From Squalus acanthias (taxonomy: Eukaryota), in the NCBI GenBank assembly GCA_030390025.1, contig CM059432.1, forward strand, positions 40,860,001 through 40,924,000: a DNA stretch of 64,000 nucleotides, written 5' to 3'. Each line of letters starts with the position of its first letter. The first letter of the stretch is position 1. Both the position numbers and the translations under genes were made by a program. Below the pieces are notes generated by a model, which worked only from the letters and a program-made list of their open reading frames with translations, ran no database searches and was not told where the DNA came from. Shown here one piece after another: positions 47,835-60,937 of this stretch.

Positions 47835-50800
47835 GCTCACTACTCCAGGTTCCTAGAACGCAAAGATAATCCCTGTTTCTTTCCTCCATTACCAACCACC
47901 TCATTAAACCTTGCCCCCTCCATCCTCATCTCCAACAACAAGTGCGAGGAGCTCATGGACCTCTTTGTCACTAAGATTAAGACCATCCATTCAGCCTCTA
48001 ATGCATCACCACCTTCCCTTGCCCACCAAGCCAAGCTTCCCCCCCAGATCCCCCCACCCCCTTGAACTCGCACCTTCCTCTAGTTTCGCTCCTATCTCCC
48101 TGCATACCCTCTCCGAGCTCAACTTGTCCATGAGACCCACCTCCTGCTATCTTGCCTCTATTTCCACTAAACTGCTGGCCACTCAACTTCCCTGTCTGGT
48201 CCCCATGCTACCTAATATTGTACATGGTCCCTCTCCTCAGGTACTGATCTCCTTCCTTTCAAATCTGCCGTCATTACACCCTCCTCAAAAAAAACACTCT
48301 TGACCCCTCTGTCCTTGCAAAGTACCGCCCCATGTCCAATCTCCCTTTCCTCTCCAAAGTCCTTGAACTTGTTGTTGCCTCCCAAATCCATGCTGATCTT
48401 TCCCGCAACCTCAGTTTGGGTTCCGCCAGGACCAGACGGCTCCAGACCTCATTGCAGCCATGGTCCAAATGTCCACAAAAGAGCTGAATTCTAGAGGCGA
48501 GGTGAGAGTGACTGCCCTTGACATCAAGGTAGCATTTGTCCGAGTGTGGCACCAAGGAGCCCTAATAAAACAGAAGTCAATGGGAATCGAGGAAAACTCT
48601 CCAGTTGCTGGAGTCACAGCTAGCACAAAGGAAGATGGTTGTGATTGTTCGAGGCCAATCATCTCAGCCCCTGGACATCGGTGCAGGAGTTCTTCATGGC
48701 AGTGTCCTAGGCCTAACTATCTTCAATTGCTTCATCAATGACCTTCCCTCCATCATAAGGTCAGAAGTGAGGCCTTTCGCTGATGATTGCAGTGTTCAGT
48801 TCCATTCGCAAATTCCTCAGACAATGAAGCAGTCCATGCCCACATTCAGCAAGTCTGATAAGTGGCAAGTAACATTCGCGCCACACAAGTGCCAGACAAT
48901 GACCATCTCCAACAAGAGAGCGTCTAATCACCTCCCCATGACATTCAATGACATTACCATTTCCAAATCCCACACCATCAACATCCTGGGGGTCACCATT
49001 GACCAGAATTTTAACTGGACCAGCCACATAGATGCCGTGGCTACCAGAGCTGGTCAGGGGCTGGGTATTCTGCAGTGAGTGGCTCACCACCTGATTCCCC
49101 AAATCCTTTACACCATTTACAAGGCACAAGTCAGGAGTAGGATAGAACACTATCCACTTGCCTGGATGGGTGCAGCTGCAAGAACACTCAAGAAGTTCAA
49201 CACTATCCAGGACAAAACAGTCCACTTGATTGACAGGCCACCTACCACCTTAAACATCCATTCTCTCCACCAGTACACCGTGGCTGTGGTCTGTACTATC
49301 TGCAGGATGCACTGCAGCACCTTGGCAAGGCTTCTTCGACAGCACCTCCCAAACCTGCAACCTCTACCACCTACAAGGTCAAGGGTAGCAAGCGCATGGG
49401 AACACCATCACCTCGAAGTTCCCCTCCAAGCCATACACCATCCTGACTTGGACATATATTGCCATTCCTTTATCGTCGCTGGGTCAAAATTCTGGAACTC
49501 CCTACCTAACAGCACTCACTACCATCACCACACAGACTGCAGCAGTTGAAGAAGGTGGCTCACCACCACCTTTTCAAGGGCAACTAGGGATGGCCAATAA
49601 TTGCTGGCCTTGCTAGTGACGCCCATATCCAAAGAATTTTTTTTTTTAAACTCCATATAAGAACCTCCAAACCAGTTTCCACCCCACCACAGCTCTGAAA
49701 TGGCACTAATCAAAGTTACAAATGACATTCTCTGTGACTGCGACTGTGGAGCAATATCGCTCCCCATCCTTCTCAACCTCTCTGCAGCCCTTGAGATGGT
49801 TGACCACACCTTCTTCTGCTAATGCCTCTCCTCTGTCGTCCAGCTAAGTGAGACTGCCCTTGCCTGGTTTCACTCTTACAGTTGAAGCCAGAGAATCTCC
49901 TGCAATGGGTTCTTTCCCGCCCTCGCACTGTTATCTCGGGAGTCCCCCAAGGATTTATCCTTGGCCCCCTCCTATTTTTCATCTGTTACTTAATCACAGA
50001 TTCCATCCCCCTCCCTGGCCACTGTCTCAAGCTGAACCAGGCTGTTTGCAACCTTGACATTCTACTTGACCATGAGCTGAGCTTCTGACCTTCATATCCT
50101 TTCCAGTACAAAGACTGACTATTTCCATATCAGTAATATTGCCTGTCTCTGCCCCTGCCTCAGCCCATCTACTGCTGAAATCATCGTCCATTAGGGAGGT
50201 TACCTCCACTCGACTATTCAAATGCTCTCCTGGATGGCCTCCCACCCTCAATAAACATGAGCTCATTGAAAACTCTGCTGACTACAAGTAGTCTGACAAC
50301 ACAAAGGCAATGGAGGGGTTGAGAGAGGTGTGGTAGAGCTGGGTGTCAGCGTACATGTGGAACTTGACAATGTGTCTTCGTATGACGTCACTGAGGGGCA
50401 GCATTACAAAGTATTACACAGTATTTACTGCACAGAAACAGGCCGTTCGACCCAACAGGTCAATGACAGTGTTTATGCTCCACATCAGACTGCTCCCACC
50501 CTTCATCTAACCCCATCGACATATCCTTCTATTCCTTTCTCCCTCATGTGCTTATCTAGCTTCCCCTCGCACCAAGTCCTGTTCTCCCATCATCCTTGTG
50601 CTCACTGATCTACACTGGCTCCTGGTCCACTAATTCCTCGATTTTAAAATTCTCATCCTTGTGTTCAATTCCCTCATGGCCTCGCCCCTCCCTATCTCTA
50701 TCACCTCCTCCAGCCCAATAACCTGCCGAGAACTCTGCATTCCTCCAATTCTGGCCTCTTGTGCATCTACCACTTCCTTCACCCCACCAATAGTGGCTGT

Positions 50801-51005
50801 GCCTTCAGCTGTTTAGGCCTTAAGCTCGGGAATCTCCTCCCTAAACCTCTCCGCCTCCCTCCTCCTCTAAGACGCTCCTTAAAACCTACCTCTTTGAGTC
50901 ACCTCTCCTAATATCTCCTTCTTCGGTGTTAACTTTTGTCTGATTATGCTCCAGTGAAGCGCCTTGGGAGGTTTTCCTACGTTAAATGCTAGTTGTTGTT
51001 GTTGT
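47835..51005 (+). mobile_element. Decayed L2-type LINE interrupted by a family-B LINE (48411-49645) and a CR1 tail (about 50403-50568)
   Basis: L2 RT motifs on both sides of the insert (…SGVPQGFILGPLLF); L2 tail at 50570-51005. Confidence 0.75.
48411..49645 (+). mobile_element. Family-B LINE fragment
   Basis: ALDIKVAFVRVWHQG; GSVLGL…FADD; same 3' tail. Confidence 0.85.
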
Positions 51006-51099
51006 TGCTATATGGTTAACATTTCTTGTGTCTAATGTGCCGGCACCAAAACTTAGATTTTGGTTTCTGAAAAAAATGAGGCTAAAAGGAAAATGGCTT

Positions 51100-53925
51100 T
51101 CTAAAAAGATAATGGGTTTTAATGGGGGATTTTAACTTTCATATAGATTGGGATAAGCAGACTAGCACATGTCAGAAAGTTAGTGAATCTCTTGAGTGCG
51201 TCCGGGATAGTTTTCTGCAACAATATGTCCTAGAACCAACAAGGGTTTTAAATCGCGTTTAAAAAGTACTTGGATATGCACTTGAAGTGCTGCAACCTAC
51301 AGGGCTACGGACCAAGAGCTGGAAAGTGGGATTTGGCTGGATAGCTATTTTTTGGCCGGTACAGACATGATGGGCCGAATGGCCTCCTTCTGTGCCGTAA
51401 ATTTCTATTATTCTATGATTCTGAGGGGGCATGCCCTATTAGATATAGTAATGAGTAATGAGCCAGATTTAGTTAACAGCCAAACAGTGCATGAATATTT
51501 ATCTGAAATTCCCTGCCGAAACCTCTCCGCCTCTCTTTCTTCTTTTAAGACGCTCCTTAAAACCTACCTCAACTGCCCTAATTTCTCCTTATATGGCTCG
51601 GTGTCAAATATTTTGTCTTATAATACTCCTGTGAAGCACCGTGGGATGTTTTACTACGTTAAAGGCGCTATATAAATACAAGTTGTTGTTTTTGTAATAG
51701 CAATCAGAACATGATCGAGTTCAATGTAGTGTTTGAAAGGGAGAAACGCGAAACAGCTACTAAGATTCTAGATTTAGGTAAGGCTGACTTCAATGCGATG
51801 AGACACAGACTTGTCTACAGTAAACTGGGCAAATCTGTTAATGGGTAAAACGACAGAAGATCAGTGGAAGGTGTTCAAAAAAGAATTTAATGTGATACAG
51901 AACCAGTTTATACCCCTAAGGGGCAAGAGCTCTACTTGCCGAAAAAAAATAGCCATGGATGACTAAAGAGGTAAGAGACAGCATAAAACTAAAAGAAAAA
52001 GCATACAAAAATGCAAAAAATAGCACAGATCCTGGAGAATGGGAAAGATATAAAGAACAGCAAAAGGTGACAAAACAGATAGTAAAATATACAAAAAAGG
52101 AGTATGAAAAGAAACTTGCAAGGGATATCAAAATCAACACTTTTTTTACAATTATATTAGGAAAAAGAGGGTGGTCAGGAGCAATGTTGGCCCCTTGAAA
52201 ACTGATAACGGTGATATTGTCAATGAAAATAAAGAAATGGCGGGCATGTTGAATAATTACTATGCGTCAGTATTTACAGTAGAAGAAGAGGATAGCGTGC
52301 TGGAAATCAGAAAGAAACTAATACTGAATCAGGGACAGGGACTCAACAAAATTAACGTAAGCAAAATAACAGTAATGAAGAAAATACTGGCACTAAAGAG
52401 TGACAAATCCCCAGGACCAGATGGTTTCCATCCCAGGGTTTTAAAGGAAGTAGGTGAGCACATTGCAGATGCCCTAACTATAATCTTCCAAAGTTCTCTC
52501 GATTTAGGAACCGTTCCTTTAGATTGGAAAATTGCGCATGTCATTCCGCTATTTAAGAATGGTGAGAGAGGGAAACCAGGGAATTATAGACCAGTTAGCC
52601 TAACATCTCTTGTTGGGAAAGTACTAGAGTCTATAAGCAAGGAGAGGGTGACTGAACACTGTGAAAATTTTCAGCTGTTCAGAGAGAGCCAGCATGGATT
52701 TGTAAAAGGTAGGTCATGCCTGACGAACCTGATTGAATTTTTTGAAGAGGTGACTAAAGTAGTGGACAGGGGAATGTCTATGGGTGTTATTTATATGGAC
52801 TTTCAGAAGGTATTTGATAAAGTGCCTCATAAGAGACTGTTAACTAAGGTTGAAGCCCATGGAATTGAAGGCAAACTATTGACCTGGTTAGAAAATTGGC
52901 TGAGTGGCAGGAGAGAGTAGGGATAATGGGCAGGTACTCTCACTGGCAGGATGTGACTAGTGGTGTCCCGCAGGGATCTGTGTTGGGACCTCAACTATTC
53001 ACCGTACTTATTAACAAGTTAGATGATTGGATAGAAAGCCATATATCCAAATTTGCCGATGACACAAAGGTAGGCAGTGTAGATGAAAGCATAAAATTAT
53101 GAAGAGATATTGATAGATTAAGTGAATGGGCAAAACTGTGGCAAATGGATTTCAACGCAGGCAAATGTGAGGTCATCCATTTTGGACCGTAAAAGGATAG
53201 AACAGTGTACTTTCTAAATGGTGAAAATCTAAAAACAGTGGAGGTCCAAAGAGACTTGGGGGTTCAGGTACATAGCTCATTAAATGTCATGAACAGGTGC
53301 AGAAAATTATCAAAAAGGCTAATGGAATGCTGGCCTTTATATCTAGAGGACTAGAGTACAAAGGGGTAGAAGTTATGCTGCAGCTGTACAAAGCCCTGGT
53401 TAGACCACACCTGCAATACTGTGAGCAGTTCTGGGCACTGCACCTTAGGAAGGATATACTGGCCTTGGAGGAAGTACAGTGTAGGTTTACCAGAATGATA
53501 CCTGGACTCCAGGGGTTAAATTATGAGAGATTACACAAACTAAGGTTGTATTCTCTGGAATTTATAAGGTTATGGGGTGATTTTATCGAAGTTTTCAACA
53601 TAATAAGTGGATGAGATAGGGTAGATAGAGAGAAACTATTTCCGCTGGTTGGGGATTCTAGGACTAGGGTGCATAGTCTAAAAATTAGAGCCAGACCTTT
53701 GAGGAGTGAAATTAGGAAACACTTCTACACACAAAGGGTGGGAGAAGTTTGGAACTCTCTTCCCCAAATGGAAATTGATGCTAGATCAATTGTTAATTTT
53801 AAATCTGAGATTGATAGATTTTTGTTAACCAAAGGTATTAAGGGATATGGGGCAAAGGCGGGTATATGGAGTTAGGTCGCGGAACAGGCTTGAGAGGCTA
53901 AATGGCCTACTCCTGTTCCTATGTT
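51100..53925 (+). mobile_element. CR1 LINE ORF2 fragment, with nested CR1 tail (51245-51422) and L2 tail (51505-51690)
   Basis: 249-aa ORF 52171..52920 (KSPGPDG, NYRPVSLTS, MDFQKVFDKVPH), KFADD, VRPHLQYC. Confidence 0.92.
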
Positions 53926-55694
53926 CGTATAAATGTTAAAATGTTAAGTGAGAAGGGGAATGGCAATGGTCTTGTAAACAGTGCAAGGAGCCACTGATTC
54001 ACCTTGGATCTGCCCTTCTGAGGCTGGTAAATAGGATTCTGCTTGATGCACATTTTCCTCAGTATTCCAGAGCACAATTATAGTATCTGTCCACAAGAAG
54101 GGGAATCGTAGTGAGCCCGAAAACTACAAAGGGCAATTTGGATTCCACTCTTGTTAGAAATGTGCAGTTCAGATTGTGAACAGAAAGCAAAATACTGTAG
54201 CTGCTAGAAATCTGAAAAAATATATACTTTCAAAAGGCGTTTGATAAAGTGCCACATAATAGACTTGTTAGCAAAGTTAAAGCCAGTGGGATTAAAGGGG
54301 CAGTGGCAGCATGGATATGAAATTGGTTAAGAGACAGAAAAGGTAGAGTAGTGGTGAAAGGTTGTTTTTCTGATTGGAGGGAAATACACAGTGGTGTCTC
54401 CCAGGGGTTGATTTGTGTCTGTGAACTCCCAGGTCGCCAAGTGTCCACCCATTTCACCAGTCTGTCTCTGTCCTCCTGAGGTCTGCTACTATTCCCCTCC
54501 AATTTTGTGTCTTCTGCAAACTTTGAAATTGTGCTCCCTATTGGATTTATTAATGACTATCTTATATGTTTGGCCTCTAGTTTTGGTCTCCCCCACAAGT
54601 GGAAACATCTACTCTACGACTATCCTATCAAACCCTTTCATTATCTTAAAAAAACCTCTATCAGGTCATCCCTCAGCCTTCTGTTTTATAGAGAAAAGAG
54701 TCCCAGCTGCTTCAGTCTTTCCTGATAGTTGTAACCTCTCAGTTCTGGTATCTTGTGAATATTTTTTGCACCTTCTCTAATGCCTCTATATCCTTTAACA
54801 TGACTTCCCTGCTTTTCAATTCTATCCCTCTAGAAATGAACCCGTGCTTGCTTTTTTTTTAATGGCCTTATTGACCTGTGTCACTACTTTTAGTGATTTG
54901 TGTATCTGTACCCCTAGATACCTTTGCTCCTCAATCCCATTTAGTCTCTTATTATCCAAGCAGTATGTGGCGACCACCTCACACTTATCTTTATTGAAAT
55001 TTATTTGCAATTAAACTCCCATTCTGCAAGTTTATTATTGTATTTTGTTGCATTCTTCCTTTCTATTAACTACATCCTCGAATTTGGTGTCGTCCGCAAA
55101 TTTAGAAATTGTGAAGTGCTTAAAAATGGAATACAGGAAATGGTTAATTGGCAGAAGTCGTATAAGCATGAGACAATAGGAAGCATAATGAGAGAAATGA
55201 AAGACATATATAAGACATAGATTATGTGTGAAAAGTATGGGGATAGGCAGGTAAAAGGGAAAGCATGAAAAACTGGCAATGTGGGGCAGGTTCCAGTGGT
55301 CCAGGAGCCTTATCGAAGAAAAAAGGTCGACATCAAGGATGCAAATTACCACACCAGCACGGTGTTCTGGCTCGGGCTTTCCCCACCTTAAGCACCAACC
55401 TGCTCCTTGGGATGTGACTTTGTTCAAGATTATAGAGAATGGCATAGCTCAGGGGAAACCCACTTATGTTGCTTTCATCTATGTTTATGATGAACATAGG
55501 AACAGGAGTAGGCCATTCAGCCTCTCGAGCTTGTTCCACCATTCAATTAGATCATGGCTGATCTGTACCTCAACTCCATTTACCTGCCTTGTCTCCATAT
55601 CCCTTAACTAACAAAAATCTTTTTGAGTGCTTCATGCAGCTCTCATGGAGAAACTGGGAGCTATAGGAGTACATGGGCAAATTTTGGATTTATA

Positions 55695-56005
55695 GAAAGA
55701 CTTGCATTTATATAGCGTCTTTCATGACCTGAGGATGTTCCAAAGCGCTTTACAGCCAATGAAGTACTTTTGAATTGTAGTCACTGTTATAATGCAGGAA
55801 ACGCGGCAGCAAATTAGCACACAGCAAGCTCCCACAAACAGCAATGTGATAATGACCAGATAATCTGTTTTTTAGTGATGTTGAGAGATAAATATTGGCC
55901 AAGACACTGGGGATAACTCCCCTGCTCTCCTTCGAAATAGTGCCATGGGATCTTTTACGTCCACCTGAGAGAGCAGACGGAGCCTCGGTTTAACATCTCA
56001 TCTGC
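55695..56005 (-). mobile_element. Deu-SINE (SacSINE1-like), 5'-truncated
   Basis: colinear with 4800-5075. Confidence 0.8.
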
Positions 56006-56729
56006 AATGTGTATTCAGCTTCAAAAAATGAATGAGACAGTCACCTAGATATCTCTCCCAGAGGAGCAGTTGTCCCATATCACTCATCTTATTCAGTATC
56101 TTCATCAATTATTTGTTGGATGGCATTCCAAGGGTGGACTTGTATTGTCTATTCTGGACATTTTTGAAAGCAGTGCAATACTCCTTTTCACAGATGATAT
56201 TGTATTGTTGGCAGACCATCTGGTGATTTAGTCCTTTCCACCCATCATCTTGAACAATGGGTGGTAACCTGTGGGAGATGGTGGAGAATGTCCCCAAATG
56301 TGGTATTATGGCTTTGCTTGACCCAAGAAGGGATCATAGAATGGTTACAGCACAGTAGGAGGCCATTCGGCCCGTTGAGCCCGTGCCAGCTCTCTGCAAG
56401 AGCACTTCAGCTAGTCCCACTCCCCCGCCCTTTCTTATCCAATTCCCTTTTGAAAGCCACGATTGAATCTGCCTCCACCACCAAAATATATTTATCAGAG
56501 ATACAGAGGCCATCTGTTCCAATTTTTGATTTATAAAGGCTCCTGAGAGTCCTAGTGGATGCCAACTTCAGCCTGGGCACCTTTTGGGACGGCGCTGAGA
56601 AGGGTCAAAGGGCACTTTGGTCTCTTTCTTCCACAACAAGTTGTAACCTCACACTGATAAGAAGAAGCGTCCGATTAACAGAGCCTGTTAAATCTCACTC
56701 ATCAACAATAACACACTTTGATTGAAAAA

Positions 56730-57300
56730 CGTTGGTCACTGAAGACTATGTCGGCGGCTCCATGGCTTTGACGGGACGGAATCAACAACTTCACCGCCAA
56801 CTATGCGCCAGCCTCTCCAAGCATGCGCCGTGCACACACGGAGTCGCGCGGGGGCAGCCGGAAGTAGCTGTAGCGGAAGTGACGCGCCGAGGAGTCATGG
56901 CGGACGCAGCGGCAGAGCTGCTGTTTTTAGACACGTTCAAACACCCGAACTCCGAGGTAAAGTCCTACACTTGAGTCACTCAGCGGGACCCGCTTCGATT
57001 GTCACGGCTGCTTGGGGTCTACTGCCTCAGCTGCCATTGTAATAGTGTCCCGGGTGCTGCAGCCCGGACTGGGCCTTGAAGAGCGGAGATACTGGGATCG
57101 GGCTGGGACCGCAAACCGACTGCAGCGCTTTCCTTTTTCCCCACACCCCCTGCCGGGGGTCCGGGCCAGGGTGAGGGTTGCACAGCACGAGCTGCAGCTC
57201 CCGCGTGCTGGTGTCTCCCTTACCCCCTCGGGGGCCTGTTTTATGTTTTGTTTCTGGTGAAATGATGGTCACCGCCCCCATACTTCCCCCGTTCAAACCA
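56730..57300 (+). promoter_or_regulatory. CpG-island housekeeping-type promoter of VIRMA
   Basis: CpG-dense; CCGGAAGT 56858-56865; GCGGAAGTGACGC 56873-56885 (ETS plus half-CRE); NRF1-like GCATGCGC 56821-56828. Confidence 0.75.
56897..56956 (+). CDS. VIRMA: VIRMA (KIAA1429, virilizer homolog, m6A writer complex) coding exon 1 (MADAAAELLFLDTFKHPNSE)
   Basis: ELLFLDTFKHP matches the human VIRMA N-terminus MAVDSAMELLFLDTFKHPSAE; good Kozak context gtcATGG; GAG|GTAAAG donor. Confidence 0.93.
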
Positions 57301-60025
57301 GAAACAGATTCGAGAGCCGATTGCTCAGTGTCTTGCAATTGCATTTTAACGTAGTTTCATTTGATCTGAGGAAACTGCTAGCTGTTCCTGTGCAGGGAGA
57401 TATCTAATGATGAACATGAGTGAGACGCGTAGATTGCAAACCGTTAAACATTTGGAGCTGCGTTTTTCGACACTGACTTCAAAATAAGCGACATTTTAAG
57501 CTATTTTAGCTGACTTGTTTGTATTCTGCAGGAGTTAGACTTTACTAGTTAAGGTGCAAAGGGCAAGACTGGAAGCTGAAGGTGACTACCTTTATATAGA
57601 TCAGCAATACTTCTGGTTACAATTGCCTCAGAAGTTTTGTAACTGAGTAGTCTGTAGCTGCCTATATTTGCCATGTTAAAAATAGATGTTTGGTTTGTTT
57701 TTATAGTTGCATTATTCCTGATTTAGAATTTGTCTAGAACATTTCCAGGATAACCAAGTTCTTGAAATTATGCTGTGGGAATATTAGTGCATGGATGCTT
57801 AATGTCTATGGAATTCCTTTTATATTTAAAATAAATGAGTAAACTCTCCTGTTAAAGTACTAGACAAAAATGATACTGACCTGCCAAAGTTAGTACCCTA
57901 CATTCTCCCAGTGTAATTTAAAATATATATATTACAGGCCTGTAATACAGTGGGGTTACTAAGAGTAGGAGTGAAACTTGCCATTGTCTTGACCCTAAAT
58001 GATCATTTAAACAAACTGTCATTTATTGTTTTGTACAGTGGTGGTGTCACTCAAATTTCAGCACTTTAAAATTGTATCTGATTGACAGTGCACAGCAGCA
58101 AATGACAGACTTTCATCATAAAACCAGATGATTTGAACTGAAGTTAAATTGTACAACAAGGCTTGATTTGCAGTGAAAATTGGGTTTCATTTTCTTGCAT
58201 AATACAGGAGAATAAAATGATGAGTTGTAAAGTTATTCAGCAGAGGGTTGTAATATGAATTGCAGCTGTCCAGGTGTAATTTGTTGACTGTTAACTTAGC
58301 TACAATATCTTTATTTTTTTAATCGAATTTTCTTGCTGAAGATGCTGATTTAAATTGGAGCTTGGGTGCTGTAGTTCTTAAGAACCTCGTCCAAGTGACT
58401 AGTCTTTGTGTGAGCCTAGACAAGAGAATACCAGGCTGTTCTGGGGAGGGGATATTAGAATTGAGCCTGATCCTGACCTCGTCTCAAGTATATACTTTTT
58501 CAGCAGGGGTTTGGAAGGTGATTGAATGGAAATCCTGGCTGAATTTTGGGTTCCTAGCCCAGGGATGCTGAAGCAAATTATGGTTCGGCTGAAAGTTTTG
58601 GCTGAGATTGGTTAATTTAGCACAGGGCAGTGTTTGAACTTGAGACTTCCTTGGACTGTCAATTCCAGAGTGTCCTCTTGATCGCTTATAAGCTAATTTG
58701 TTGCTCTTGAAGGTCGAGGTATAGGTTTGATGTTTCCTCTGCACTGCACTGAACACTCAATTTAAGTTGCACCCCGTAGAGTCTGCAGTGTCACCCTGCA
58801 AGGGGAAGAGAAAATCTGCTGTTTAGCCCTCCCTTGTAGGCAGCTGAGGTGGCTTGGCCAGGTGGACCAGTGACTAAAGATAACTTCAAAAATAAGGAAA
58901 GAGGAAAATTAAAAATTTCTTCCTGGCCATTGGTGATTTTTCAGTGGATGGGCAGAAACCTGCTTGGGAATGCACTGTGCCACATCCCTAACTTCCTGCC
59001 CCACCCCATTTTCTAGTGGCAGATCCAGCAATCTAATATGTATACCTGTATTTGGGCAAGCACATGCAAATTAGATTAAAATGAGGAAAATACAACCTCT
59101 GCTGTTTTCCCTGATGATTGCTGGAGCTGCCTGGGTCCCAGTGTTCACAGGTTGGTGATGAGGGGCCTAGAGGAAGAATTGTCAAAGGGCTTGTTCTAAT
59201 GGCCTGAGGATGGCTGTGCACAGCCCTCAACAACAGCACCAAATTTCTTTATCAAATTTACCCATCTTTTCAGGCAGTTTGGTGTCTGCTTTCTTCCTCC
59301 TCCTGAACCAGGCCCCTAAGGCTTGCAGCAGAAAGTCACTCCCCCAGCCTGCTGGGAGGTAAGGAGACTCCCCTCCCGTTTGTGAATGACCCTGGCACTG
59401 GAAATACGGCGAGGTCAAGGGACATCTCTGAAGCAGGCGATGGTCGCACTCCATCAGAGATGGGCACCCATCGGAAGATCCAGCCCCATAAGCTATCACA
59501 TGAAATATCATTAAGTCCCAGGTTATTACAGTATCCAAAAAATAAAACATTTAAATTGCAGCTCTTTACTTGATTTTGATGATCACTGCTGACTTCAGTT
59601 CCAAATTGTAGGGATGTAGGCTTTTAATTTACATACAATGTCTGTAAGAACTGTGTAAATGTAAAACTGCAGTGAATGTAAATAAAAAAAAATTAGAAAT
59701 CCACGAAATGAGAAATAAAATCACAATGTGGTAAATACACAATGGGGTAAAGAAGCGCCTGTAAAGAAAAAAGACAGGTTCACGTTTTGGGTGTAAGATA
59801 CTTCCTCAGAACATGGCGTCTTCTCACTTTATTGCAGTGAATGCAAATTGTCATTGGAATGCATTCACTCATTTATTGCTAAATAAATCACATGGGCCTA
59901 GCAGGCTCTTGCTAATTTCAAGTCACATTAAGACTTCAAGAAAATGCTCTACAGTAGCCTTATTCTTGAGTATTTGTTTGAAAAATACAGCGCTGTATTT
60001 AAAAAAAAAAACCTGCAATTTGGGT

Positions 60026-60420
60026 TCGGGAGTATAGTGGTTGTGTTACTAGACTAATGATCCAGAGACGTGAGTTCAGATCCCATCACAGCAGCTGGGG
60101 AATTTAAATTCAGTTAATTAAATAAATCTGGAATAAAAAGCTAGTATCAGTAATGGGGATAATGAAACTACTGATTGTCGTAAAAACCCATCTGGTTCAC
60201 TAATGTCCTTTAGGGAAGGAAACCTGCCGTTCTTTAGGGAAGGAAATCTGCCGCCCTTACCTGGTCTGGCCTATGTGATTCCAGACCCACAGCAATGTCT
60301 TAACTGCCCTCTGCGGTTCAAGAAGGCGTATCACCACTACCTTCTCAAGGGCAATTAGGGATGGGCAATAAATGCCGACCTTGCCAGTGACATCCACATC
60401 CCATGAACTAATAAAAAAAA
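60026..60420 (+). mobile_element. tRNA-derived SINE, same family as 28722
   Basis: B box GAGTTCAGATCC; shared body and LINE tail; internal tandem duplication of CTTTAGGGAAGGAAA. Confidence 0.8.
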
Positions 60421-60530
60421 GACTGGCTTCCCATTTGGGACTACTGATTTCCTTGTTGAAAGCAGACACCAAACTGCCTGAAAAGATGGGTAAACTTGAT
60501 TAAAATATTTGTTGCTGTTGTTGGGAATAC

Positions 60531-60937
60531 TCAGAGAAACAGAGTTAACGTTTCAGGTCGATGATCTTTCAAGAACTGGAAAAAGTTAGAGACGTAACAG
60601 ATTTTAAGCAAGTGCAGAGGCAGGGAAATGGGGGAGTGGAGGAAATAACAAAAGGGAAGGTCTGTGATAGGGTGGAAGGCAGGAGAGATTAAATGGCAAA
60701 AGGTATGATTGTACAAAGCAAAAGGAGATTGTAATGGGACAAGTAAAGAAACAAAAGATGCATCTAGAAGTGGTGTAAATGGGAATAGCAGAATCATCAA
60801 CAGCTGCCATCTGAAAAAATGGGGGCAGAGGTTATGATCTGAAATTGTTGAACTCGATGTTGAGTCCGGAAGGTTGTAAAGTGCCTAATCTAAAGATGAG
60901 GTGCTGTTCCTCAAGCTTATGTTGAGCTTCATTGGAA
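60531..60937 (-). mobile_element. Penelope-like element 3' end: GIY-YIG C-terminus plus pseudo-LTR with degenerate hammerhead
   Basis: 60936-60832 translates SNEAQHKLEEQHLIFRLGTLQPSGLNIEFNNFRS*; downstream CCAGTTCTTGAAAGATCATCGACCTGAAACGTTAACTC. Confidence 0.8.

Noticed and set aside
56732..56896. Upstream in-frame extension of VIRMA in the ORF track
   Set aside because: It starts at a TTG and runs through the promoter ETS sites; homology begins at ATG 56897.
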